Shown here one piece after another: positions 8,790 to 16,412 of a DNA stretch of 20,000 bases. Under the pieces are notes generated by a model. The model had not been told where the DNA came from and did not search any database. It worked only from the letters and a program-made list of their open reading frames with translations. The stretch is taken from IMG/VR virus record IMGVR_UViG_3300002835_000123; one strand, 5' to 3'. A program made the translations under genes and the position numbers. The stretch comes from an uncultured virus (IMG/VR IMGVR_UViG_3300002835_000123) (taxonomy: Duplodnaviria; Heunggongvirae; Uroviricota; Caudoviricetes). Position 1 is the first letter of the stretch; each line of letters starts with the position of its first letter.

Positions 8790-9182
8790 ATGGATTCTCA
8801 ATTTGTAAAAACAATGGCAGGTATTGGAGCAGGGGTAGGCGTAGCTTACTTATTGTTCAAAAATAAAAACGTATTCTTTTTAACAGGAATGGGAATTGCA
8901 GGTGGCGTTTTAGCAAATGTATTTTTTCCACAAGGGATAAGTGAAGAAGAAAGAAGAAGATTACAAGCAGAAGAAGATATTAAAAATTCTATGATAATTG
9001 AAACAGAAAAATTGAAACAAAATTTTAATGTTCAAGATTATTCAGAGGCAGGTAATAAATTCAGCGATATTTCTTCGGGAAAAACACTTCAATTCAATGA
9101 GGAATATGGATATATTATGCCTGTTGGAGAAGTAGATGCTTCAAGTCCTAATGAAGAATTTGATATAAGTTATAATGAGTAA
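8790..9182 (+). CDS. Membrane protein with N-terminal two-TM hairpin and acidic tail
   Basis: 130 aa; MAGIGAGVGVAYLLF and FFLTGMGIAGGVLANVFF; LQFNE..PVG motif. Confidence 0.85.
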   Translation: MDSQFVKTMAGIGAGVGVAYLLFKNKNVFFLTGMGIAGGVLANVFFPQGISEEERRRLQAEEDIKNSMIIETEKLKQNFNVQDYSEAGNKFSDISSGKTLQFNEEYGYIMPVGEVDASSPNEEFDISYNE

Positions 9183-9378
9183 AGGTACAATAGTAGGTTT
9201 AATTACTTTTGGCGTTTTTATGACCGAAGCAATTATTCACTACAATATAGGTGCTAATGGACATTCCGAACAAAAAGGATTTAAATTTCCACCTAAAGAT
9301 GATTTGATTAAATCTGCTATTGTTACTGCACTTTTTAGTTTTATTAATGGTGCGTTAGTACATAAATTAGTGAAATAA
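9175..9378 (+). CDS. Small two-TM membrane protein
   Basis: 67 aa; two hydrophobic segments; overlaps both neighbours (coupled). Confidence 0.8.
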   Translation: MSKGTIVGLITFGVFMTEAIIHYNIGANGHSEQKGFKFPPKDDLIKSAIVTALFSFINGALVHKLVK

Positions 9379-9809
9379 TGGTAGACCCAAGTATAAATGT
9401 TCCAACCGCTTCTTCGAAATCAGAAGTGTGGATTCAATGGCATAAAGATTTGAAAAAGGTTTTTGATAAAAAGACTGCAAACTCTGTGTTTATATTCGCA
9501 TGGGATAAAAGAGGAGGTATTGATTCACCTGCAAATAATAATATGTTAAATTCTTATGTGGAAAGTCAAGGATTTGATATTACAAGAGGTAGTTTCGCTC
9601 AAGCTAAAGAAGATGTATTTGACTTTGTAGGAAATGTATTTTCAATAGGTATGTGGATAGGAATTGCGATATTAGGTTTTGCAGGAATCATATTAATTGC
9701 CATTTTAAAAAGTTTAACGAGAAACCCAACTGATGCGTCAAAATTAGTATTAATGACTTCTCCACAAGGTAGATTAATAGCAGGTGCATCTGCTTTAAAC
9801 AAAAGTTAA
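9378..9809 (+). CDS. Membrane protein with a single TM in the C-terminal half
   Basis: 143 aa; TM IGMWIGIAILGFAGIILIAIL; TAATG coupling. Confidence 0.85.
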   Translation: MVDPSINVPTASSKSEVWIQWHKDLKKVFDKKTANSVFIFAWDKRGGIDSPANNNMLNSYVESQGFDITRGSFAQAKEDVFDFVGNVFSIGMWIGIAILGFAGIILIAILKSLTRNPTDASKLVLMTSPQGRLIAGASALNKS

Positions 9810-10364
9810 ATGAAACCAAATATAAAAGGTAAAATAATTATTGGAGTTACACTTGCATTTGTAGGTGGAACAACTATTTGGTTAATTGTTAATAGATTAA
9901 GAAAAAGACGCATAATGAATGATATTATGGGTCAATTAAAAGATGCTACTTCTGAAGAAGGACAACAAGCTATACTTCAAGAAGAAAATCAGATAAAAGG
10001 AAGCAACGCTTTTGATACTACATTTTGGAAAAAAACAACAGGTTCACCACTTCCTAATGCAAATCTTTTAATGCGACCTATGGATGCAAGAGAAATGGCT
10101 AAAAAATTTAGAGATAATATGGCTGTTTTCAATCATACAAATGGTCATGGTGGATGGGCAGATGATGAAGGTACTTTGTTAGGTTTAGTAAAGTCAGTAA
10201 AATCAAAAGGTCAAATGTCGCAAATAGCAGATGCCTACCAAAATAGTATTTGTTGCAAATTTGGAAATTTAGCAGATGATTTAGTAGAATCTTTTAATGA
10301 TTATTGGGATAACGAAGATGATATGAAATTATTAAATAACCATATAAAGAATTTACCTAACTAA
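9810..10364 (+). CDS. N-anchored protein with annexin-repeat-like domain
   Basis: TM IIIGVTLAFVGGTTIWLIV; DAREMAKKFRDNM...GWADDEGTLLGLVKSVKSKGQMSQIADAYQ...GNLADDL resembles the annexin repeat (DA..L.KAM.G.GTDE..L..IL..RS..Q...I...Y...G..L..DL). Confidence 0.7.
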   Translation: MKPNIKGKIIIGVTLAFVGGTTIWLIVNRLRKRRIMNDIMGQLKDATSEEGQQAILQEENQIKGSNAFDTTFWKKTTGSPLPNANLLMRPMDAREMAKKFRDNMAVFNHTNGHGGWADDEGTLLGLVKSVKSKGQMSQIADAYQNSICCKFGNLADDLVESFNDYWDNEDDMKLLNNHIKNLPN

Positions 10365-10365
10365 A

Positions 10366-11148
10366 ATGGATAAGAAAAAAATCATATTAATTTCGGCAGG
10401 TGTTTTAGGGTTAGGACTAATCACCTATTTTTCTGTTAGAGGTATTTCTAAATATCGTAAAGCAAAAAGACAAAGAAAAGAAGAAGAAGAACAGGCTCTT
10501 TTAAATCAACAATCTTTACAACAAATACAAAATAATTTGTTGCAACAAGAACAATCAAATCAAACAAATCAAACAACACAAGATAGCAATTACGTAATTC
10601 CAATAAGAGATATAAATAAGGCAATAACAAATCCTTTATCTCAAATTAAAGGAAAAACATTATATCCTGCTGTTAAATCAAATAATGCAGAATTAGGACA
10701 CCCTTATGCAAGTGGTTATGCAAATATAAGAACTGACCCTGCTGTTAATACCGCACAAGGTTGGACAACTAATAGTTGGGGTTTCCCTTACTATGATGGA
10801 AAACACAACGGATTAGGAAATATAAACTCACCAAATTCAATAGGAACAATAGTAGCAGAATCTTATGATAATTTCGACCCACCTGTAAGATGGCTTCAAG
10901 TAAAATTAAGTGGTGTTATGGAAGATTGGATGGGTTATGATTATGAATATGGATGGGTAAGAGCAGATAATGTAACATTTAGAAAATTCGCTAAAAAATC
11001 AAGTTTTTCAGGTTTTTCAGGAGAAGATAAATTTATCACAAAATATGATAATTCATATCAGTTAGGTGCGGATGTATTTCCACATTCAGGATGGAATTTG
11101 TATTCTAATTTTGATGATGATAATTTAAAAAATGATTTAGATATATAA
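10366..11148 (+). CDS. N-anchored protein with Q-rich stalk and SH3b-like domain
   Basis: TM IILISAGVLGLGLITYF; YANIRTDP...RWLQVKL...YGWVRADNV fits bacterial SH3; then SSFSGFSG and YSNFDDD...NDLDI tail. Confidence 0.8.
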   Translation: MDKKKIILISAGVLGLGLITYFSVRGISKYRKAKRQRKEEEEQALLNQQSLQQIQNNLLQQEQSNQTNQTTQDSNYVIPIRDINKAITNPLSQIKGKTLYPAVKSNNAELGHPYASGYANIRTDPAVNTAQGWTTNSWGFPYYDGKHNGLGNINSPNSIGTIVAESYDNFDPPVRWLQVKLSGVMEDWMGYDYEYGWVRADNVTFRKFAKKSSFSGFSGEDKFITKYDNSYQLGADVFPHSGWNLYSNFDDDNLKNDLDI

Positions 11149-11164
11149 ATTAAAATAAAAAAAA

Positions 11165-11443
11165 ATGAAAAAAGAAACAATGTATTTAATTGGTGTAGGT
11201 ATTTTAGGATTCGCAGTAGTTTATCATTTAACAAAACCTACACAAGAAACAACATCAGAATTTGCAGGAAAAAGTGATACCAAAGTGGATTGTCTTACAA
11301 GAGAACAAATCGCTTGTTTGACTTCAGATGTTACAAAAAGGCAAATGTATGATATGCTTAAAAAATGTGGTCTTAGTGAAGCACAAATTTCTGCTTACTT
11401 TAAGAAAACAAAAGAAATGATTATGAAAAATGCTTGTAAATAA
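11165..11443 (+). CDS. Small N-anchored Cys-containing protein
   Basis: 92 aa; TM YLIGVGILGFAVVYHL; SEFAG motif; four Cys. Confidence 0.8.
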   Translation: MKKETMYLIGVGILGFAVVYHLTKPTQETTSEFAGKSDTKVDCLTREQIACLTSDVTKRQMYDMLKKCGLSEAQISAYFKKTKEMIMKNACK

Positions 11444-11448
11444 TTATC

Positions 11449-11865
11449 ATGAAAAATAAAAAATGGTTAATTATTGGTGCTATTGCTCTTGTAGGAATAG
11501 GAGTAGGTGCATATTTCATTTTGAGAAAACCAAAAAAAGATGAAAAAAAAGGTGGTGTAAATAATGACAATAATGGTTCATCAGTAGATAATACTAAAAA
11601 AGGAAATACTATTAGCGAAGAACAACAACAAGAAATAGCACAAGAAAACACCACTCAAGCTAAAAATGTATATGCAACAGCAAGTTCAACAATAGTAAGG
11701 AAATCGGCATCCGTTAATTCCGCTAAAATGACTTCTGTTCCAAAAAAATCAGTAGTAGGAAAATATCAAGAAACAATTAAAGGTGATGATGGTAAAGATT
11801 GGTTTAGGGTTACAGGTAACTTTGGAACAGGATATACCCGAAGTGATGTTTCTGAAGTAAAGTAA
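11449..11865 (+). CDS. N-anchored protein with C-terminal SH3b-like domain
   Basis: TM WLIIGAIALVGIGVGAYFIL; TIVRKSASVNS...DWFRV...GYTRSD fits SH3_3/SH3b. Confidence 0.8.
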   Translation: MKNKKWLIIGAIALVGIGVGAYFILRKPKKDEKKGGVNNDNNGSSVDNTKKGNTISEEQQQEIAQENTTQAKNVYATASSTIVRKSASVNSAKMTSVPKKSVVGKYQETIKGDDGKDWFRVTGNFGTGYTRSDVSEVK

Positions 11866-11879
11866 TTTAATAAAAAAGA

Positions 11880-12179
11880 ATGAAGAATAAATGGTTTTGG
11901 ATAATTGGTGGCACTATTGTTTTAGCAGGTGCTATTGGTTCTTATTTATTGCTAAGAAAACCAAAATCAAATGAAGGAAAAAATGACTTTGAGCCTCCTT
12001 GTGGGAATAATCCATTTAGCACAAAAGATGAATTAATATCTTTTCAAAGATGGGTTATAAATACTAAAGGAGATAAAACAATACTTGGAACAGGTGGTTC
12101 AACAGGATTTGGTGATGATGGAGTATGGGGATGTAAAACCAATGATGCTTACAAAAAATATGGTAAAGACTATAAATAA
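11880..12179 (+). CDS. N-anchored protein with PG-binding-like domain (paralog A)
   Basis: TM; ELISFQRWV...DDGVWGCKTNDAYKKY resembles the FQ...DG.xG..T..A core of PG_binding_1. Confidence 0.75.
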   Translation: MKNKWFWIIGGTIVLAGAIGSYLLLRKPKSNEGKNDFEPPCGNNPFSTKDELISFQRWVINTKGDKTILGTGGSTGFGDDGVWGCKTNDAYKKYGKDYK

Positions 12180-12498
12180 AAAATAAAATGAGTAAAAAAG
12201 TAATTATAATTAGTTCGATTGTCCTTGCAGGATTAGGAGTTGGTGCATATTTTTTATTTAGAAAAAGAAAACCAAAAAATGATAAGCAAGAACCATTTGT
12301 ACAAAGTTCTTCAACACAAATATCAAGTGGAAGTAGACAAACATCGGGAGGTGGAGGTTCAACATCATTGATGAAAAATCCATTTAGCACAAAAGAAGAA
12401 TTATTGTCCTTTCAACGATGGGTTATAAATGTTGAGGGAGATAAAAAAATACTTGGAAAAGGTGGTTCGACAGGATTTGGTGATGATGGAAGTTGGGG
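12009..12498 (+). repeat. Dispersed ~122-bp coding duplication (12009-12130 and 12377-12498)
   Basis: aatccatttagcacaaaaga...acaggatttggtgatgatgga occurs in both adjacent genes with few substitutions. Confidence 0.9.
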
Positions 12499-12928
12499 TA
12501 AAAATAGCCAAAATGCCTACACCAAATATTCAGCAAAATATTTTAAAGATGAAGCAAAAGAGCCTTTTGTATTTAGAGATTTAAAAAAGAGTTTGCCTTT
12601 TACATTTGGTTATTTTACTAAAGAAAATTATGAATATGAAGTACCTACATTAGATTTAGAAGGTTTAAGTGAATCTATAAGTTTTTTTACAAATAATAGA
12701 TTTTTTTCATTCCCTTATGGTTATAAAGGAACATGGTCTTTAACACCTGTACCAACTCTTACTATTACAGAACCTTTAGATATTAAAGGAACTAAATTTA
12801 CAGGAACAGATATGTTAGAAGCCTCTAAAAAATTATTCACCTATGGAGAAGCACAATCGGGAGTAGATGGTACTAAATCTATGGATTTAGATTTTTCTAA
12901 TTTTAACGATTTTGATATACAATTATAA
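12188..12928 (+). CDS. N-anchored protein with PG-binding-like domain (paralog B) and acidic tail
   Basis: TM; NPFSTKEELLSFQRWVIN..GDK.ILG.GGSTGFGDDGSWG shared with 11880; ends SGVDG...DFSNFNDFDIQL. Confidence 0.8.
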   Translation: MSKKVIIISSIVLAGLGVGAYFLFRKRKPKNDKQEPFVQSSSTQISSGSRQTSGGGGSTSLMKNPFSTKEELLSFQRWVINVEGDKKILGKGGSTGFGDDGSWGKNSQNAYTKYSAKYFKDEAKEPFVFRDLKKSLPFTFGYFTKENYEYEVPTLDLEGLSESISFFTNNRFFSFPYGYKGTWSLTPVPTLTITEPLDIKGTKFTGTDMLEASKKLFTYGEAQSGVDGTKSMDLDFSNFNDFDIQL

Positions 12929-12940
12929 TAAATAAAAAAA

Positions 12941-13345
12941 ATGGAAAAAAAGAATTTAATTTACGGAGGAATAACACTTGCAGTTTTAGGAGTGGGAATT
13001 TACCTATATTTGAATAGGAAAAAAAGTGAAACAACAGAAACGAGTGGAACAGATAAAGAAGAAAAGCCACTTATTAAAAAGCCTGAAATAAATATTTCGG
13101 ATAAAATAAAGGAGCAACTTCAAAAAGAACCAAAAACACCTGTAAGTCTTTCACCAACAGCTACAAGTACAACAGCTACAACACCGAAAGAAGCACCAAA
13201 AAATTGTGGTAAAAAACCATCTATTTTTCAAGCAAAAAAATTGAAAGAATGGAAACAATGTATGGCAAGTGGAGGAGTTAGTTCTTTTGATGGAGAGTTA
13301 GATGATATATTTGCTAATTTCTCGGATTTCGATTTACAATTTTAA
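12941..13345 (+). CDS. N-anchored protein with CGKKP hairpin and SFDG/acidic tail
   Basis: TM; T/P-rich linker; CGKKP...EWKQC; SSFDG...FANFSDFDLQF. Confidence 0.85.
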   Translation: MEKKNLIYGGITLAVLGVGIYLYLNRKKSETTETSGTDKEEKPLIKKPEINISDKIKEQLQKEPKTPVSLSPTATSTTATTPKEAPKNCGKKPSIFQAKKLKEWKQCMASGGVSSFDGELDDIFANFSDFDLQF

Positions 13346-13355
13346 ACTATAAATT

Positions 13356-13757
13356 ATGAACAAAAAAGTATTAATTATTGGTGCTATTACTCTTGTAGGA
13401 ATAGGAGTAGGTGCATATTTCATTTTCAGAAAACCAAAAAAAGATAAAACAAGCGATAGTGGAGGTACAAAAATGGCAAGTGCAGAAACATCAACAGAAG
13501 AATCTGCTGAAGAAACAAAAGAATCAACAAGTGCCACATCCTCTACTTCAACAGATACCTCAACAGCTAAAAAACCTTTAACTACAAGAAAAGAAAAACG
13601 TACAGCTTGTGGGAAAAGACCTCTTGGTGGTAAAAAACTACAAGAGTGGAAAAAATGTGTAGCAGAAGGCGGTAAAGCATCTTTTGATGGACATGACTAT
13701 GACGATAAAATGGACTATTCTATGTTCGAAGGAGTATTAACAGATATTGATTTCTGA
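13356..13757 (+). CDS. N-anchored protein with CGKRP hairpin and SFDG/acidic tail
   Basis: TM near-identical to that of 11449; S/T linker; CGKRP...EWKKC; ASFDG...YSMFEG...DIDF. Confidence 0.85.
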   Translation: MNKKVLIIGAITLVGIGVGAYFIFRKPKKDKTSDSGGTKMASAETSTEESAEETKESTSATSSTSTDTSTAKKPLTTRKEKRTACGKRPLGGKKLQEWKKCVAEGGKASFDGHDYDDKMDYSMFEGVLTDIDF

Positions 13758-14083
13758 TGAATAAAAAGCAAATATATATAGCCGTAGGTGTTTTAGCAGT
13801 TGCAGGAATTATTTATTATTTCTATAATAAGAATAAAACTACTTCAAAAACAACCGATGTTAAAGAAACAAAAGAGGATTCTACAAATTTGAAAGAAGCT
13901 ACGATTGAAAATGTTCAAGAATATAAACAAGAGAAAAAAGACATAAAAGAAATTTGTGGTAAAAAACCTGCTTTGTTTATGAAAAAAGAAATCATTGACA
14001 AATACAATGAATGTATTGCAAAAAATAGCAGTTCATTTATGGGTGATTTCGATGAATTTATGAGTGATTTTGACATTGATTAA
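13757..14083 (+). CDS. N-anchored protein with CGKKP hairpin and SFMG/acidic tail
   Basis: TM IYIAVGVLAVAGIIYYFY; CGKKP...KYNEC; SSFMGDFDEFMSDFDID. Confidence 0.85.
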   Translation: MNKKQIYIAVGVLAVAGIIYYFYNKNKTTSKTTDVKETKEDSTNLKEATIENVQEYKQEKKDIKEICGKKPALFMKKEIIDKYNECIAKNSSSFMGDFDEFMSDFDID

Positions 14084-14094
14084 AAAAAAAATAA

Positions 14095-14565
14095 ATGAAA
14101 GACAAAAAAACTTTAGGCGTTTTAGCATTACTTGGAATAGGAGGGGTAGTGTATTACATTTTAAGAAGAAATGTAGTTAGAGAAAAAGTTGTAGAAATAG
14201 AAAAAGAAGGTAAAAAAGAATTGAAAGTAGTTTCAACACCATCACCTTTTGTAAGTATTTTACAACCTACACAACCTCAAGCACCACAGCCTATTACTAT
14301 TAATTTAACAAAAACAGGAGATAGTAAAGTATCACCGAAACCTACACCGACACCTACACCTACACCTACACCGACACCTACACCTACACCTACACCTACA
14401 CCGACACCGACAACTTCAACAACATCAACGCCAACAACTTCAACTTCAACCTCAACAACTTCATCAGTTTCGTTGACACCACGTATTGAAGTAAAACCTG
14501 CATTTAGTGGATTTGCAGGTAATACAGAATTTTTTGAATTTCAAAAAGAACTTACAGATTTGTAA
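14095..14565 (+). CDS. N-anchored protein with (PT)12 and S/T stalk
   Basis: TM LGVLALLGIGGVVYYIL; PT repeat; ends FSGFAG...ELTDL. Confidence 0.85.
   Translation: MKDKKTLGVLALLGIGGVVYYILRRNVVREKVVEIEKEGKKELKVVSTPSPFVSILQPTQPQAPQPITINLTKTGDSKVSPKPTPTPTPTPTPTPTPTPTPTPTPTTSTTSTPTTSTSTSTTSSVSLTPRIEVKPAFSGFAGNTEFFEFQKELTDL
14341..14412 (+). repeat. Hexamer microsatellite (CC[T/G]ACA)12 encoding Pro-Thr
   Basis: cctacaccgacacctacacctaca... 72 bp. Confidence 0.95.
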
Positions 14566-14615
14566 TGACTGATAAAAGCTATAAATACTTTAATTATCAA
14601 TAAATCAAAAGACAA

Positions 14616-15131
14616 ATGAAATTAGATAAAATAACAAAAATAAAAATAGGGTTAGGATTAGCTATTGTAGGTATTACAGCTTATACAATTACATATTTAT
14701 TAAAACAAGTAAGGGCATTAGTAAATCTTAATTTCGAATGGAAAAAAACAGAAGTAAATAAAATAACTTTTACAGATGTTTCTATGACAATGTGGTGGGA
14801 GGTAATAAATCCAAGTGATATTACTTTTACTATAAAAGAACAAAAATATGATGTTTATTTAAATGGAAAATTTCTTAAATCAGTTGGTTCTAAAATACCT
14901 GTTGAAATATTAGCAAAAGGTACAACAATGATTCCTACATTTATCAATTTTACGCCAAAAGAAGCAGTTTTAGTTGGTTTAAATAACTTAGGTGATTTAG
15001 CAACTGAAGATGGGAGAAGAAAGCTAAAAATAGGAATTAAAGGAAATATGTCGGTATCTACACCATTATTTTATGTTAAACAAATTCCTATTGAATATTC
15101 AGATAGTTTACATAATATGATGAATTACTAA
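14616..15131 (+). CDS. N-anchored LEA_2/WHy-domain-like protein
   Basis: TM then ...VSMTMWWEVINPSDITFTIKEQKYDVYLNGKFL..., matching the WHy pattern (V.NPN..+.+....Y.+.+NG). Confidence 0.7.
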   Translation: MKLDKITKIKIGLGLAIVGITAYTITYLLKQVRALVNLNFEWKKTEVNKITFTDVSMTMWWEVINPSDITFTIKEQKYDVYLNGKFLKSVGSKIPVEILAKGTTMIPTFINFTPKEAVLVGLNNLGDLATEDGRRKLKIGIKGNMSVSTPLFYVKQIPIEYSDSLHNMMNY

Positions 15132-15139
15132 AAAATTTC

Positions 15140-15147
15140 TATATTTG
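15140..15147 (+). promoter_or_regulatory. Bacteroidota-type -7 promoter element TAnnTTTG
   Basis: TATATTTG in the intergenic gap 20 nt upstream of ATG 15168; no clear -33 TTTG. Confidence 0.45.
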
Positions 15148-15167
15148 TTCTAATAAAACGAGCAATT

Positions 15168-15548
15168 ATGGAAGGACAAATTAGAAAAGTAATGACATCA
15201 ACATTACTATCAGAGAGTAAAAAAAGAAATATTGAATTAAAAGATTTAAGAGTTAAGATGGCTTTAAGCAAAGACGAAAGTTCAACGGAATGTTTCGTTA
15301 TGAACAAAACAACTGAAGTATCAGAATTAGGTTGGCAAAGTATTCTTGGTTTTGCTTTAATGACTTTTAAAATGATTGTAGTAAATAAAATAACAGATTC
15401 ATTGAAAAGAATATCAGGTGAATGTGGTATAGATAAAAAGAATATAAATGCAAGGATATATTCCATAGACCAAAATGGAACACCAAACATTTATATTTAT
15501 GATGGAGGAAAACCTATTAAACAAATCGAACTAAGTGAAATAATTTAA
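15168..15548 (+). CDS. Hypothetical protein
   Basis: 126-aa ORF in operon orientation; no motif recognised. Confidence 0.75.
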   Translation: MEGQIRKVMTSTLLSESKKRNIELKDLRVKMALSKDESSTECFVMNKTTEVSELGWQSILGFALMTFKMIVVNKITDSLKRISGECGIDKKNINARIYSIDQNGTPNIYIYDGGKPIKQIELSEII

Positions 15549-15584
15549 TAAGATTTCATGTAGTTCGTTAGAATATTTAAAATT

Positions 15585-15848
15585 ATGTTCGCAACGAATA
15601 TATGGACTTATGAATTAAATAATTCAACACTCGTAATTGATTCTAATTGGGGGTTGAACTATTTGTCTATTAATTTAGTTTCAGGAACAGGAACAATTCA
15701 AGGTAATTTTTCAGTAAGTGGTTTATTGACACCTTTAAATTTAACTATTGGACAACCATTCAACATTCAATCAGGAAATGGTGCTAATCCAATAGGAGAT
15801 ATAACAATTACTACCACAGGAGTTATTAACTTAGCAGGTCAAAGGTAA
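15585..15848 (+). CDS. Small beta-rich protein, possibly structural
   Basis: 87 aa; G/T/N/S-rich with alternating hydrophobic strands. Confidence 0.7.
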   Translation: MFATNIWTYELNNSTLVIDSNWGLNYLSINLVSGTGTIQGNFSVSGLLTPLNLTIGQPFNIQSGNGANPIGDITITTTGVINLAGQR

Positions 15849-16411
15849 TGAATTGGGGTTTTCAGTCAATATCATCATCAAGTTCTCCTATTCCAAGTTC
15901 ATTAAATTATGGACTTTATTCTCAAACAGCTATTTCAAATATTATTGTAAATACAAATTCAGAATTATCTTTAATTGGTTCAGGTGTTGGAAGTTTATCT
16001 ACTCCACCGAATTATTTTAATATAGGAGATTCTTTCGTGGCAAGAATGGGTGGTACAATATCAAATCTAAATAATACTAACATAAGATTTAGAATAGAAT
16101 CGGGATTAATCCCACTTGTTGATACAGGATTAATACAACTTAAACAATCGACAAATCAATTTTGGGAATTGGTTATATATTATACTATTAGAAATATCGG
16201 TGGTATAGGTGTTGCATCAATTATATCTAATGGTAATTTTGTTCACGTTAGAAACAATACAGGAGTAGAAATATTTGGATTTAATACAATAAATAATACA
16301 ACATTTGATACAACAATAATAAATGCTTTGGATATTACTGCTCAATGGCAAACGGCAAGTCCTTCAAATTCTATTAATTCAGATTATTTTGTTTTAAATA
16401 AAGTTTATTAA
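15848..16411 (+). CDS. Beta-sandwich-like protein, possibly structural
   Basis: 187 aa; N/S/T/I-rich, nearly uncharged; TAATG coupling. Confidence 0.75.
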   Translation: MNWGFQSISSSSSPIPSSLNYGLYSQTAISNIIVNTNSELSLIGSGVGSLSTPPNYFNIGDSFVARMGGTISNLNNTNIRFRIESGLIPLVDTGLIQLKQSTNQFWELVIYYTIRNIGGIGVASIISNGNFVHVRNNTGVEIFGFNTINNTTFDTTIINALDITAQWQTASPSNSINSDYFVLNKVY

Positions 16412-16412
16412 A

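Noticed and set aside
7949..15131. N-terminal hydrophobic segments as lipoprotein signal peptides
   Set aside because: No lipobox Cys; segments end in aromatic residues and K/R clusters typical of uncleaved anchors.
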